64,000 bases of DNA from Gammaproteobacteria bacterium (GCA_013287745.1 JABDDF010000003.1:1946-65945), one strand, 5' to 3'. Counted from the first letter of the stretch, positions 1 to 11,215 are shown. Numbers and translations: made by a program. The notes: generated by a model not told the origin, from the sequence alone.

Positions 1-1
1 C

Positions 2-613
2 ACCTCTATTTTTTCAGGCCAGAAAACCTATAATGGCGTGGCAATGCTTATCAAGCAAAAAACACATCAAGATATTATCACTGACCTTCCTCAATTAAAT
101 GATCCGCAGCGGCGTGTATTAGGCGCCCTCATTGAAGATATTTTTGTGTTAAATTTATATGTGCCCAATGGCCAAAGTGTCGGTTCAGAAAAATATCAAT
201 ACAAATTAACTTGGCTTAAACATTTAGATAATTATTTGCAAACTGAATTAAAAAAATATCCGCGCATGCTGATACTAGGCGATTTCAATATCGCGCCTGA
301 AGAAATAGATGTGCATGATCCTGCACAATGGCAAGATCAAGTCTTATTTAGTCTAGTAGAACGCCAAGCCTTTCGTGACTTATTGAAGATTGGGTTTCAA
401 GATTGTTTTCGAAAATTACATCCAACACAACAGCAATACAGTTGGTGGGATTACCGCCTCAATGCATTTAAACGTAATATGGGATTACGCATAGATCATA
501 TTCTTGCAAGTGATGCCTTAGCAGAACATTGCACAATTTGTCATATTGATAAAACCTTACGTGCGGGAGAAAGGCCTTCTGATCATGTGCCCGTTATTGC
601 GGAATTTAAATAG
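2..613 (+). CDS. xth: Exodeoxyribonuclease III (5' end outside window)
   Basis: GQKTYNGVA, LYVPNG, GDFN, YSWWDYR, GLRIDH and SDHVP motifs; frame open from window start. Confidence 0.95.
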   Translation, partial: TSIFSGQKTYNGVAMLIKQKTHQDIITDLPQLNDPQRRVLGALIEDIFVLNLYVPNGQSVGSEKYQYKLTWLKHLDNYLQTELKKYPRMLILGDFNIAPEEIDVHDPAQWQDQVLFSLVERQAFRDLLKIGFQDCFRKLHPTQQQYSWWDYRLNAFKRNMGLRIDHILASDALAEHCTICHIDKTLRAGERPSDHVPVIAEFK

Positions 614-649
614 CTGTCATGCCAGCATGCTTTTAGCTGGCACGACAGC
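613..649. terminator. Stem-loop after xth (terminator or short REP)
   Basis: gctgtcatgccagc / gctggcacgacagc inverted repeat with 1 mismatch. Confidence 0.5.
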
Positions 650-724
650 CTGAAATCGAACGCCTTGATTCTTAGCAGTATATCCGTTATCATGCCCGCC
701 TATTTTAATAGGGGTTCGTCGGAA

Positions 725-955
725 ATGAAACCAAATATCCATCCAGAATATAAAGAAATAAAGGTCAATTGCAGCTGCGGCAGCACTTTTATTACGCGTT
801 CAACCTGTGATAAAGATACAATTTTGTTAGAAGTTTGCTCAGCATGTCACCCATTTTATACGGGCACACAGAAAATTGTTGATACAGCGGGTCGTGTTGA
901 TCGCTTCCGCCAAAAATATGGCACGAGAGGCAAAGATACGGGTGAGAAAAAGTAG
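725..955 (+). CDS. rpmE: 50S ribosomal protein L31 (Zn-binding type)
   Basis: MKPNIHPEY...CSCG...[10 protein letters not shown]...GRVDRF; ATG at 725. Confidence 0.97.
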   Translation: MKPNIHPEYKEIKVNCSCGSTFITRSTCDKDTILLEVCSACHPFYTGTQKIVDTAGRVDRFRQKYGTRGKDTGEKK

Positions 956-997
956 TCATATTCTTATCTATCCTATAATTATAAGAAGAAATATTTC

Positions 998-2221
998 ATG
1001 CCTGACAAATTGCGCCAAGCAGCGCTAAATTATCACTCGCAGCCTATTCCCGGAAAGACTCGTATTGCGCTTTCTAAACCCATGGAAACGCAATACGATT
1101 TATCTCTTGCCTATACACCTGGCGTGGCTGAACCCGTGAAAGAAATCGCAAGTCATGCAGAAAGCGCTTATCAATACACCAATAAAGGTAATTTGGTAGC
1201 CGTCATTACCAATGGTACTGCTGTCTTAGGTTTGGGTAACGTAGGCGCCTTAGCAGGCAAGCCAGTGATGGAAGGTAAGGCAGCCTTATTTAAAAAATTT
1301 GCTGATATTGATGTCTTTGACATTGAAATTGATTGCAATGATCCGCGTGAATTAGTTGAAACCATTGTGCGTATTGCGCCAACCTTTGGCGGCATCAATC
1401 TTGAAGATATCAAAGCACCTGAATGCTTTTTTGTCGAACAAGCATTAAAAGAACGTTTGTCTATCCCAGTATTGCATGATGATCAACAAGGAACGGCCAT
1501 TGTCGTCGCAGCTGCCCTGTTAAATGCCTTAGAAATACAGGCTAAAACACTATCCAACATCAAGATTGTTTGCCTAGGCGCAGGTGCTGCAGGCATTGCC
1601 ACCATGCGACTATTACAGCAATTGGGTGCCAATCCTCAACAAATTTATCTTGTCGATCGCGAAGGCGTGATTCATAGCGATAGACCCAATTTAAATGAAC
1701 AGAAAAAATCATTTGCTCAACAAACCGATGCGCGCAGTCTTGCCGATATCATGCAAGGTGCTGATGTCTTCATCGGCGTATCTGGCCCGAAATTATTAGC
1801 CCCTGAATGTGTTGCCACCATGGCAGCCAAACCAATCATTTTTGCCTTATCAAATCCCACACCGGAAATCATGCCTGAAGATGTACTGAAAATACGTGCC
1901 GATTGCATTATGGCAACAGGCCGTAGCGATTATCCCAATCAAGTGAATAATGTATTATGCTTCCCCTATCTTTTTCGCGGTGCACTCGATGTGCGTGCAA
2001 ATAGCATCAATGAAGCCATGCAAATCGCTGCTGTTTTTGCCATTAAAGAATTAGCCAAAGAACTCATCCCCGCCACTGTCTTAGCCGCCTATGGTCTTGC
2101 CCAAGGCTTGCAATTTGGTGCCACTTATCTTATACCTAAACCTATTGATCCACGCTTAAAAGAATGGGTTTCGGGTGCTGTAGCCAAAGCTGCGGTCGAA
2201 AGTGGTGTAGCAAAGATATAA
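998..2221 (+). CDS. maeB: NAD(P)-dependent malic enzyme (MaeB N-terminal type, no PTA domain)
   Basis: [38 protein letters not shown]. Confidence 0.9.
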   Translation: MPDKLRQAALNYHSQPIPGKTRIALSKPMETQYDLSLAYTPGVAEPVKEIASHAESAYQYTNKGNLVAVITNGTAVLGLGNVGALAGKPVMEGKAALFKKFADIDVFDIEIDCNDPRELVETIVRIAPTFGGINLEDIKAPECFFVEQALKERLSIPVLHDDQQGTAIVVAAALLNALEIQAKTLSNIKIVCLGAGAAGIATMRLLQQLGANPQQIYLVDREGVIHSDRPNLNEQKKSFAQQTDARSLADIMQGADVFIGVSGPKLLAPECVATMAAKPIIFALSNPTPEIMPEDVLKIRADCIMATGRSDYPNQVNNVLCFPYLFRGALDVRANSINEAMQIAAVFAIKELAKELIPATVLAAYGLAQGLQFGATYLIPKPIDPRLKEWVSGAVAKAAVESGVAKI

Positions 2222-2376
2222 TATCTCATTGAATTTGCTGTATTTATTTAATTGCTCTCCTAATAGCCTCGTTCCTAATTATTTCTTAAGCATAGATAAC
2301 TATAATGAAAGTCTTGGGTAATTATTTTACAAGACCTTAAGAACCAAAAACGAGCGATTGCGAGGGGTGAGAGTTA

Positions 2377-5300
2377 ATGCGTGCTAGACCTGATAATTTG
2401 CTTAAAAAATATGTTAGTAGCGCTGGAAGGGCAATTACCTTTCATTACGCCGCATCAATTTTATCAGAATTTGAGGGTATTGATTTAGATACTTTACTCA
2501 GTCGATGTCATTATTTTTTAAACACGCACGCGACCAACCTAGCTCACGCAGATTACTACGTTGACAAAATTATCAAGCATAAAAATGGCTTCATCTTTCC
2601 AGCCTTATTTTATTACGATCCTGGTAGTAAAAAAAATATTGCATTAAATTGTGCTAATAAAGGAAGAGCAAGTGAGCAATGCTTTGCTGCTGCTGATTAT
2701 ATCGCGAAGCAAAATTATATAGTTGAAAGTGAAGAATTGGATGAGCAGTTAGTCGAAGTGCATGACTGCGTAGCAAATTTCTCTTGCCCGCCTGAAGATG
2801 AATATGAATTATTATTCTCTGGTGAATCTGATGATGAAATTAAATTAAAAATAATTAAATTAGATATTTTTAAAAAAATAAATGAGGTAGCAAAGGAATA
2901 TAGAGGAATTTTCAGTGAAAATGAAAGATTTGATGTTGCGATAGGTAAAAACAAATTTAATTTTGGAACTGAAATTCCCAAGCCCGCCTATCGTCAATTT
3001 ATCAATTTGCCATTCAATCAGATAAAAAAACTGCTGAGTATCATGCTTGATAAAGTCAGTGAAATATCACTTCGTGAGAAATGGTTTAATGGCGGCGTGA
3101 GTAAAGAAATAAGTTCCTTCATGGCAGCCTTCGCCGGGCATGAGCTAATTGAAATTGATGGTGAGCATGCTAAATGTATTCTCAAGTCTAGTGATATCAC
3201 GACCACAACTTCATCAATCAGCAATGAGCCCATTGTGCAAATCAAACAAACCATTTTTACAAAAATACAGGATGCAGTGACTAAAAGCAAAGTCACAGAA
3301 AGTAAAAGCATTGATAAATTCAATGTGACTTTGTCGACAAATCAAGTATTTGAATTTGGATGGGGGAGGTTTGATGATCTCAGTGAATTTACCGAGTTAA
3401 GTCTGAATCAAATTGAAGAACTCATTAATAAAATGCTCAAGGAAATTGATGATAGTAGATTGGGAAACTCTAATAAATTAAATCATTTACTGGTTCAATT
3501 AGGCGAATTGTCAAATGCTATTGTTTTAAATAAGAAACTCTTGAGCGGATATGAGTGTCAACTAACAGATGAGATGACAAAATTAGAGTATGCGCAATTA
3601 TTAGAGAAGGCCAGAAAAAAGTACGACGCTATTGTCATCAACTTATTGCGTGAAAACCATAAAGATGAAGAAAAGTTGATAGAGATAAAATCTCTTGTAT
3701 TGCAAGCCATTGAAGCGGCTTATCAAGTCTATGTCGACGGAGAAGATAAAGATAGTTTGCAATTTGAGGAAAAATTTCCAGAATTAAAAGTGAAAAATAA
3801 TGCGATCAAATCAGTCAAATTTTCTTGGAGATCATTCGCGGAAATTGAAAATGATTTGGAAATCTTATTAGGTGAATTAGAGAACCCCCTACATTTAATA
3901 GAAGAATTGGCTAGTATTGAAAGACATTTATTTGAAAAAAATACTTTTACATTTAATCCATCATTGAAAGAAATCGAAGCGAGATCAAAAAAGCTGGAAG
4001 ATAATCGCAAGGCAGAGCAAGAAAAAGCATCTAACGACGAAATAGATGACACAATCACAGCTGTCTTGGAAATAAATCAAATTAGCCAAGATCATCATGC
4101 CTATGCAGATGAATTAGGCCGGATTTTGTCGAGTAAGCTGAACCTTGATGGAAATGCAATGTTCTCTGATTTCATTTCTATGCTGGTTAGTAATGAAAAG
4201 CAGGCATTTTCTTCAGCCATTCAAGGGTTGGAATTCTTTTCTATTCCCAGTGATCCTGTGGCGATCAATGCACGTAAAGTATCTGTCGCTAGTTTGCTAA
4301 GATTAGAAAATCTAAGAAAATTTTCACAAGAAGATAAGTTCGCTCAAATACAAAAATATTTTGATTTTATGGTTAGAAGAGCGGATTTAAGAAAGAGTGA
4401 TCTTAGTGCGGTTAATAGGGAAGAAGATTTAACATCATTTTGTATGAAGGCTTGTGATCAAGGAGCAGTAAATGCTTTGTGTCAGCATATCGCAATCATA
4501 GAGCATGAAGATGCTCTTGAGCAGAAAAAACGTGACATCGATGCACTGCAACAGGCTGCATTTCATCCTTCTACTCAAGCTAATGCCCTTCATTACATTT
4601 TGAAAGGTGGTGTAGATAAAATCCTTGACTGCAATAGTGGATCGACGACTAAAAGCATTAGTATCAGTCAAACACCGAAATCTAAATATGCGAGTGATGA
4701 GGGTGTAGACCGTTCATTTATGAGGGCTTCCAATAGCAATCGTAAAGTGAGTCCCGAGATTGCTGCGGTGAGCATCACTCCTAGGAAGATAGCGGTTAAT
4801 AATGGTATTTATACGGTCGCTAATTATTTTCACACGCAAAGAAATGCAATTAGAACCCTTCAGGATAATCCAACTGTCTATGAGCTAAAATCAGATCATT
4901 TCGATATCTTGAAAAAACTGGGAAAAAAGAAATTATCATCAAGGCAAAGTGACAGAATAAAGCATCAATTTAAGCAATTGGAGGATTGTGTCTTTAACTT
5001 ACATCGGTTGCAAGAGGATATTTATCTTGCGAATGAGGAAGTTAACGAAAAATTAAATGCGCAAGCAGCGACATACAAATATGATGCTCAATTTCAAGCA
5101 TTGACTGTTGCTTATGAAGGTTATGAAAATGAGACTAAATTGGCGCAGATTGATATGTTGATAGCGGAGATACAAGCTTATCCCGATGTATTACTCAGTA
5201 GTGATGATATAGACAAAAATATAGAATTATTTAATGATAAATTAAATCAAATAAAAATATTGGCTGTGGCGAATGAGGATGAAAAAAATGAATCATTAAT

Positions 5301-7791
5301 AGATAGTAATAATCATGTTGATGGTGATTTTGATTTTGAATTTGGAGAAGCTGAGGAAACTGACAATAAAGGCAAGGGCAAATTTGAATCAGACTCTGAA
5401 AGTGATGCTGATATTGAATCTGGCAATGAATCTGAAATAACCAAAGCTATTCAAGCATTAAATCAATATGAAAAAGAAATTAATTCATTCAAAGAAAAGC
5501 TTCCCTCTAAGATAGACGAGATAAGGATTAGTATTGGCATTCAGATACAGTTGGTCAACTTGAATGAATTACTCACTATTACTCCTATAGTGGAAACTTA
5601 TCCGATTTCAAGGGCTGAGCAAGATGAAATGCATAGCTTAGATGTGGAAATAAAAGAAACCAGGCATAGTCTAGAGAATTTGCGTAGCCAACACCAAGAT
5701 GTAAATACAATAATTGCTAAATTAATTCAGCCTGGAAATGAATGCCCGGAAAGTGATAATATCGCTGACGTTTTATTAAACAAGGTGAATTCTGCAAAAG
5801 ACTATCAATCTCAATGTAAAACAAAGTTGACAGAATGTAATGAGAAGATAGCGTCATTGAATCAAATAATAGAAACAGTAAATGCTCGCAACCACAAGCG
5901 AAGTGACCTGATCAAGCAATGTGTCCAATTAGCCGCGCAAATTCAGCTTGATATAGCTAGTTTAAATACCTTGCTTGCAGATAATCCCTTAGATAAAAAT
6001 ATTGGGCCTTCTTCTAAAGAAGCTTTCCTGCAAGTGACCTTTGCTCATCAAGAATTAATTCAAACTAATATAGGACAGCTTGCTTCCTTGTCACAGCAAT
6101 TTACTTTGATTCAACAACTATTAAGTGAAAATAATTACAAAGATGAAGCAAGCATCGATGAGCAGCATGAATTAATTATAAAATTAGCTGGGAATAAAAA
6201 TGCATTTATTAGTCAATGTAATCAGCATTCATTTAAAGAAAAAGTTGCTAGGGCAAATCAATTTGTCAAAGATAAGGTAGATTGTTTAGTTAAAATTGAC
6301 TCTATTAGGCAAAATTATGCTACTACAAATGATCGTTTATTTTCTCATTCTTTAGAAAATAAATGGCCGCATTCTTTATTTAAAACGGAATTTGATGATA
6401 TTAAGACTCGATTTTTATCAATAAAATCGGAATTTACGACCGCTAAAAATGATATTGAGGGTGAATTTCAACAATTTAAAACTCAACTTGAAAATGGCTT
6501 GATTTCTGATTTATCAGAAGTTCAGCAACAGTGTTCATCTGCATCGCAGCAACTTAAAAAATATATTAGTGAAATAGAAACTCTGCGAACAGAACATAAG
6601 GTGCTTTTGCTAGAACAGCGTAAATCGCGTGAATTTTTAGATGAGCAATTTAGCTATCTTGAAAATAAATTAACTGAATTTAATTCTACACTTGTTGCCT
6701 CTCTTTATCCTGACGATGGTATTGCAACTTGGGCACTTGTGACCAAAGCAATCGATGATAAATATTGTCGTCAACTTACAGATAAATTAGCGTCATATGA
6801 AAAACGGTGCGATGCTGCGCGTGCATTATTAACGGCTTATGAACAAGGACAGCCAATTTCTCATGTCGAATTTAGAAATCACCTTTCCTGGGAATTAGAT
6901 GCCTGTAAGAAAATCGAGAATGAACTTCTTAAAGAGCAAGCTGAATTTTCTAAATTGATATTTGAGTTAACAGGGGTTGAAAATCAGCATTCTTTATCAT
7001 TTATAGAGGAGCAGAAGCAGGAAGGGATTAGGCTTGTCGTACTTCATGAAGCTGTTTTTTCCTATGTAAAAGAAGCGGAAAGCAAGACTTATTTTACGGG
7101 CTTATTAAACTGCTTATCTGATATTACAAGAAGAATTGATCATCAGACGCGAAGCGATGAGTTAAACAACTTGCATCAACGTGTTGACAATGCATTGCGT
7201 GACTTTGATGAAACTCGTGATCCAAAAATTAAAACATGCTTAGAAACTATTGAAAAAGCAAGCCGAGCTGATAATAGAAAGGAAGCATATGAAGTCGCCG
7301 AGTGTGCAAGGACCGGGAGAAATAATAGTAACGTTGATTATTCATTGGATCCAACAACAATCACAGGGGAAGTGTCTACTAAGCAAGGTTGGTCGGGTTA
7401 CATCCTTGGTGGTGTGGGAATAGTCTTGGGTGGTATTGTAACTGGTATTGGCGGTTTCTTATCAGCTACTCCTATTGCTCCTGTCGGTTGGGCTTTTGTT
7501 GCTTTGGGCGCAGCTATTATTGCTGGCGGTGCGGTTGTTGTGAAAGATAATTATCAATTGAATCGTCCAAAAGTAACTGAGGTTGAGTTTAAAGTTAAAG
7601 GTACGACACAACGTGTATTAGAAATATTTGAAAATGATCATGGTGAAACGGTATATAGCTGCAAAAAACCAAGCGAGCGGCCCGCAACTGCCTTAACTGG
7701 AAAAACGATAAGCACTACAATGCCGACAATTCCTACTCAAGTAGAGGCGCAATCTACAGTATTTATTCCAGGATATGGTTATGGAGTCTAG
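2377..7791 (+). CDS. Very large coiled-coil protein with C-terminal hydrophobic hairpin; probable secreted effector
   Basis: 1804-aa ORF with heptad-rich central region, acidic linker and Gly-rich double TM segment near the C-terminus. Confidence 0.7.
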   Translation: MRARPDNLLKKYVSSAGRAITFHYAASILSEFEGIDLDTLLSRCHYFLNTHATNLAHADYYVDKIIKHKNGFIFPALFYYDPGSKKNIALNCANKGRASEQCFAAADYIAKQNYIVESEELDEQLVEVHDCVANFSCPPEDEYELLFSGESDDEIKLKIIKLDIFKKINEVAKEYRGIFSENERFDVAIGKNKFNFGTEIPKPAYRQFINLPFNQIKKLLSIMLDKVSEISLREKWFNGGVSKEISSFMAAFAGHELIEIDGEHAKCILKSSDITTTTSSISNEPIVQIKQTIFTKIQDAVTKSKVTESKSIDKFNVTLSTNQVFEFGWGRFDDLSEFTELSLNQIEELINKMLKEIDDSRLGNSNKLNHLLVQLGELSNAIVLNKKLLSGYECQLTDEMTKLEYAQLLEKARKKYDAIVINLLRENHKDEEKLIEIKSLVLQAIEAAYQVYVDGEDKDSLQFEEKFPELKVKNNAIKSVKFSWRSFAEIENDLEILLGELENPLHLIEELASIERHLFEKNTFTFNPSLKEIEARSKKLEDNRKAEQEKASNDEIDDTITAVLEINQISQDHHAYADELGRILSSKLNLDGNAMFSDFISMLVSNEKQAFSSAIQGLEFFSIPSDPVAINARKVSVASLLRLENLRKFSQEDKFAQIQKYFDFMVRRADLRKSDLSAVNREEDLTSFCMKACDQGAVNALCQHIAIIEHEDALEQKKRDIDALQQAAFHPSTQANALHYILKGGVDKILDCNSGSTTKSISISQTPKSKYASDEGVDRSFMRASNSNRKVSPEIAAVSITPRKIAVNNGIYTVANYFHTQRNAIRTLQDNPTVYELKSDHFDILKKLGKKKLSSRQSDRIKHQFKQLEDCVFNLHRLQEDIYLANEEVNEKLNAQAATYKYDAQFQALTVAYEGYENETKLAQIDMLIAEIQAYPDVLLSSDDIDKNIELFNDKLNQIKILAVANEDEKNESLIDSNNHVDGDFDFEFGEAEETDNKGKGKFESDSESDADIESGNESEITKAIQALNQYEKEINSFKEKLPSKIDEIRISIGIQIQLVNLNELLTITPIVETYPISRAEQDEMHSLDVEIKETRHSLENLRSQHQDVNTIIAKLIQPGNECPESDNIADVLLNKVNSAKDYQSQCKTKLTECNEKIASLNQIIETVNARNHKRSDLIKQCVQLAAQIQLDIASLNTLLADNPLDKNIGPSSKEAFLQVTFAHQELIQTNIGQLASLSQQFTLIQQLLSENNYKDEASIDEQHELIIKLAGNKNAFISQCNQHSFKEKVARANQFVKDKVDCLVKIDSIRQNYATTNDRLFSHSLENKWPHSLFKTEFDDIKTRFLSIKSEFTTAKNDIEGEFQQFKTQLENGLISDLSEVQQQCSSASQQLKKYISEIETLRTEHKVLLLEQRKSREFLDEQFSYLENKLTEFNSTLVASLYPDDGIATWALVTKAIDDKYCRQLTDKLASYEKRCDAARALLTAYEQGQPISHVEFRNHLSWELDACKKIENELLKEQAEFSKLIFELTGVENQHSLSFIEEQKQEGIRLVVLHEAVFSYVKEAESKTYFTGLLNCLSDITRRIDHQTRSDELNNLHQRVDNALRDFDETRDPKIKTCLETIEKASRADNRKEAYEVAECARTGRNNSNVDYSLDPTTITGEVSTKQGWSGYILGGVGIVLGGIVTGIGGFLSATPIAPVGWAFVALGAAIIAGGAVVVKDNYQLNRPKVTEVEFKVKGTTQRVLEIFENDHGETVYSCKKPSERPATALTGKTISTTMPTIPTQVEAQSTVFIPGYGYGV

Positions 7792-7795
7792 CCCA

Positions 7796-7819
7796 AGTGT
7801 ACGCCATTTAGCGTACACT
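7796..7819. terminator. Hairpin between convergent genes
   Basis: agtgtacgc-N6-gcgtacact. Confidence 0.55.
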
Positions 7820-7833
7820 CACGGTATTTAGCC

Positions 7834-8397
7834 TTAGGCCTTATTCTCAGCCATCGCTGCCATGCGTTTTCTCATCTTAGCTGGTGTCACATTTTCTATA
7901 TGAGTTGCAACATGCCATTGATGTCCAAAGGGATCAATGATACTGCCGCAACGATCACCATAGAACATATCTTGCACGGGCATTTTTAAATTAGCGCCAG
8001 CTTTGAGCGCTTTTTCAACGACTTGATCTACATCTTTAGTATATAAATGGATGCCAACTGCAGCGCCGCCATAGGCATTTGGGCTGCGTGCTCCTATTTC
8101 TGGATGCTCATCAGCAAGCATAATCTTAGTATCACCAATCTTTAATTCGGCATGACCAATTTTTCCGTCTGGTTTATCCATGCGCATGACGACTTTTGCC
8201 TTGAATACAGATTTGTAAAAATTAATTGCTTCAGCCGCTTGATTAACGATCAAATAAGCTGTGATACTGTTATATCCTTTGGGAATCGCTAATACTTTTT
8301 TCTTGCGTTTGACCGCTACTTTCTTTTGCTTTTGCGGTTTTTTCTTAGACGCTAACTTTTTTTTAGATGGTTTTTTCGCTTTCGTTTTTTTTGCCAT
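7834..8397 (-). CDS. VOC/glyoxalase (PhnB-like) protein with Lys-rich N-terminal tail
   Basis: IGHAELKIGD, DMFYGDRCGSIIDPFGHQW. Confidence 0.9.
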   Translation of the reverse strand: MAKKTKAKKPSKKKLASKKKPQKQKKVAVKRKKKVLAIPKGYNSITAYLIVNQAAEAINFYKSVFKAKVVMRMDKPDGKIGHAELKIGDTKIMLADEHPEIGARSPNAYGGAAVGIHLYTKDVDQVVEKALKAGANLKMPVQDMFYGDRCGSIIDPFGHQWHVATHIENVTPAKMRKRMAAMAENKA

Positions 8398-8483
8398 TAC
8401 TTAAGTTCCTTTGTTGAATTTATTGAGCGCTGATTTAAACACAGGAATGCTTAATTGTGAATAAATATTAATTGGAGTAAGCA

Positions 8484-8717
8484 ATGAAAAATAGCATAAA
8501 GATAATTTTATTATTAGTTATGATGACATCCTATGCAGCACAAGCACACAATTGCGGTAAAGTGGAAGGAAGGAAAATTTCGACCTATGGAAATTTGTCT
8601 TGTGCAAAAGCAATAGAAGTTTACAAATCCTTTAATAGAGGCAAGATACCAAAGGGATGGACTTGCGGCCAATCCGTTGGCGGCTGCGGTATTGAAACAG
8701 GATTTACCTTTCATTGA
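8484..8717 (+). CDS. Small secreted Cys-rich protein
   Basis: Signal peptide (AQA), 4 Cys, RBS ggag. Confidence 0.6.
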   Translation: MKNSIKIILLLVMMTSYAAQAHNCGKVEGRKISTYGNLSCAKAIEVYKSFNRGKIPKGWTCGQSVGGCGIETGFTFH

Positions 8718-8725
8718 TAATGAGC

Positions 8726-8848
8726 AGTTCCCGCTAAGGCTAGGCATTATTTTTTTCTAGCGACTGGATTATACGGATTGTAATCTCTAGCGCCAGGGAT
8801 GGCGCGTTTGGAGCAAGAAAAAAATAATGCCTAGCCTTAGCGGGAACT
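8726..8848. repeat. Long palindromic element (33-bp perfect arms, internal gcgccagggatggcgc hairpin)
   Basis: 8726-8758 is the exact reverse complement of 8816-8848. Confidence 0.9.
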
Positions 8849-8917
8849 ATCATTAAAAAATATTGACCCTCATACGCTATTATGAGAAAAAGATGAATTC
8901 AAATAAGGAATGAGCAT

Positions 8918-10918
8918 ATGAAAAGGATTGTTCTTGCGATATTTTGGCTTGCTGCAATGATGTTAGCGCTGGATGTTCAAGCTGGCAAAGATCCCATCGG
9001 TTGGTCGCAATCGGGCAGCATACCGGCAACAACACAATTGAATCAAAGTTATTCCGTTAGCTTTACCTTAATCAATAACCTGCCTTTTCCTATGCCCACC
9101 CCGCTTATGATTGTGAATAATTCCTCTCCTTCTAATGAAGTGACTATCGATGATGGTTGCTCAGGGTTGAAATTAACGCCAAATCAAACTTGTAGTGTTG
9201 GTTTGATCCTGATTCCAAGAGCGGCAGGCACTAAACAATTAAGTTTGTTCATGGAATATGGGAAAAATAAAGTCCAGATTCCAAAGATGCCAATTACAAC
9301 GCAGGCTGTAGGAACATCGTCTTCACAGTTACAAGGCACGGTGACTAATGGCTTGCCGTCCAAGATTCTCAGTAATTCCACTTATACCCTGACCTTTACC
9401 TTTTCAAATAATGGTTCGACGGCGCTTAATCATTTTTCTTTTGCAGTCAATGCAGGCAATACGGCTGGTTATACGCAAACGAGTACGACGAATTGCACGG
9501 CTACTTTGCCAGCGGGCGGGCCATCTTGTGTGATAACGGGTACTTTCACAACTGCATCAACAAGCGGTGCTGTCAGTGTTGGATATACGGGCACAGCAAC
9601 TTCTGCCTCTGCTTCTGCGACAACCTCTGCCGTTATTAATAATACTTCGGGACAGGGAACGCGAACCTTTCTTTTTGAAAATGATTGCCCGCAACCAGTT
9701 TGGTTTTTCATGAATGGCGGTGGACAAGGCCAATTGTGGGGTTGCACCAGTAATGCATCGTGCGATGCATTATCAGGTGTTCCAGGTGCCTTTGCCTGCG
9801 ATCCAACCGCTTATAACAGTACGACTGGACAACATGGGGAATGTTTCTGGAAGAGTCCTGCTCCTGCAAATGGCATCTATCAATTAACGGCGAATGGAGG
9901 CACAAATACGGTTATCTTGACTGAATATGTCTATTCACCAACGCCTGCCCAACCCATTGTTTGGAGCGGTAATATTGCAGGTCGTACGGGATGTACAAGC
10001 GGCGTCTGCGAAACAGCAGATTGCGGCGGCGGTACAGGTGCTTGTCCTGTCGGTGTCGGCTTTAATCAACCCGCTATTCAAGCTGAGCCGACCTTTCAAA
10101 CGAATGGCGATAGTTATGATGTGACCGGTATTAATGGTCTTAATGTGCCCATGTCGATGGGGCCGACCAATGCTACGCGCGATGCAACCAATCCCTACAC
10201 CTGTGGATCGCCTGGCATTATCGCTGACCAAGTCTCGACGGGTGGAACCATTGGTGGTTGCACATGGGCTTTCACGCCGCCTGTACTGAATTACATTTGG
10301 GTAGCAGATGCGGGTTCTACCACTTGCACGCTTAATAGCGATTGCAACCAAGCAGGCGGCGAAGCTTGCGGCTTAAAACGCTCCTCTATTCTCAGTAATT
10401 CTTCAACCAAAATGTGTGGTAAGTGGTTAGGTTACTGGACGGCGGATGAAGTATGCGGCATTAATTCTGCTTACACCGGAGCACCTTATACCTGTACGGC
10501 TTCTGCTGCAGGCGGCGCTAGCTTTGCCCAGATGTTTGCTTGCACCGGCGCAGAGTATAGTGCTTCTTGTTATACCTCAGCTAATCAGAGCGCTTGCTGC
10601 GGCTGTCAAAATTGGCAAGATGCACCAAACAATCTCACCCTGCCATCAAATAATTCGATTGTGCAACAGTGTGGCGGCACAACGGGTAATTCAGGGAACA
10701 AATCGACTAACTCGGTGTGGATTGCGAGTGCTTTACCAACACTTTCTTGGTACAAGGCGGGCTGCCCATCAAATTATGTTTATCCCTATGATGATAAGAG
10801 CAGCAGTTATACCTGTACAAATAGCGCGACTGCAAATAGCGTTAATTACAAAATAACCTTCTGTCCTGGTAATAATACGGGTGCGCCAACTGGAACGGTT
10901 GTGAGTTTGCGCCGCTGA
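8918..10918 (+). CDS. Secreted thaumatin-family (PR-5-like) protein with N-terminal Ig-like domains
   Basis: Signal peptide; WSGNIAGRTGC, CETADCGG, YDV..INGLNVPM, CPSNYVYPYDD, ITFCP. Confidence 0.85.
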   Translation: MKRIVLAIFWLAAMMLALDVQAGKDPIGWSQSGSIPATTQLNQSYSVSFTLINNLPFPMPTPLMIVNNSSPSNEVTIDDGCSGLKLTPNQTCSVGLILIPRAAGTKQLSLFMEYGKNKVQIPKMPITTQAVGTSSSQLQGTVTNGLPSKILSNSTYTLTFTFSNNGSTALNHFSFAVNAGNTAGYTQTSTTNCTATLPAGGPSCVITGTFTTASTSGAVSVGYTGTATSASASATTSAVINNTSGQGTRTFLFENDCPQPVWFFMNGGGQGQLWGCTSNASCDALSGVPGAFACDPTAYNSTTGQHGECFWKSPAPANGIYQLTANGGTNTVILTEYVYSPTPAQPIVWSGNIAGRTGCTSGVCETADCGGGTGACPVGVGFNQPAIQAEPTFQTNGDSYDVTGINGLNVPMSMGPTNATRDATNPYTCGSPGIIADQVSTGGTIGGCTWAFTPPVLNYIWVADAGSTTCTLNSDCNQAGGEACGLKRSSILSNSSTKMCGKWLGYWTADEVCGINSAYTGAPYTCTASAAGGASFAQMFACTGAEYSASCYTSANQSACCGCQNWQDAPNNLTLPSNNSIVQQCGGTTGNSGNKSTNSVWIASALPTLSWYKAGCPSNYVYPYDDKSSSYTCTNSATANSVNYKITFCPGNNTGAPTGTVVSLRR

Positions 10919-10927
10919 AATGCTATT

Positions 10928-11188
10928 CCCCTCTCCCGGAGCGCTTTTTGCGAAGGGGGAGGGAGGGGGCATACGCGTCAAGCTAAGCATTCAAATACGA
11001 AATAGTCGTTCAGTAAGGAGGCCTTCCCCCATCGGGGGAAGGTGCCAAAGGCGGATGGGGGAATATTAATAATTGCATTCTTATTCCCCCATCCGCCCGT
11101 TGGGCACCTTCCCCCGATGGGGGAAGGCCTCCTTACTGAACGACTATTTCGTATTTGAATGCTTAGCTTGACGCGTATGGGGTGAGGG
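10928..11188. repeat. Nested palindromic elements: REP interrupted by a 210-bp foldback
   Basis: 77-bp perfect arms 10970-11046 / 11103-11179 plus inner 16-bp stem; flanks match the REP at 57608-57659. Confidence 0.9.
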
Positions 11189-11215
11189 CCATTGTCAGCC
11201 CACTGCGCTAGTGCC

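Noticed and set aside
1171-4671. Antisense ORFs within malic enzyme and the large ORF (and similar ones in virB, dnaB, rplI)
   Set aside because: Shadow frames of real genes with no independent signals
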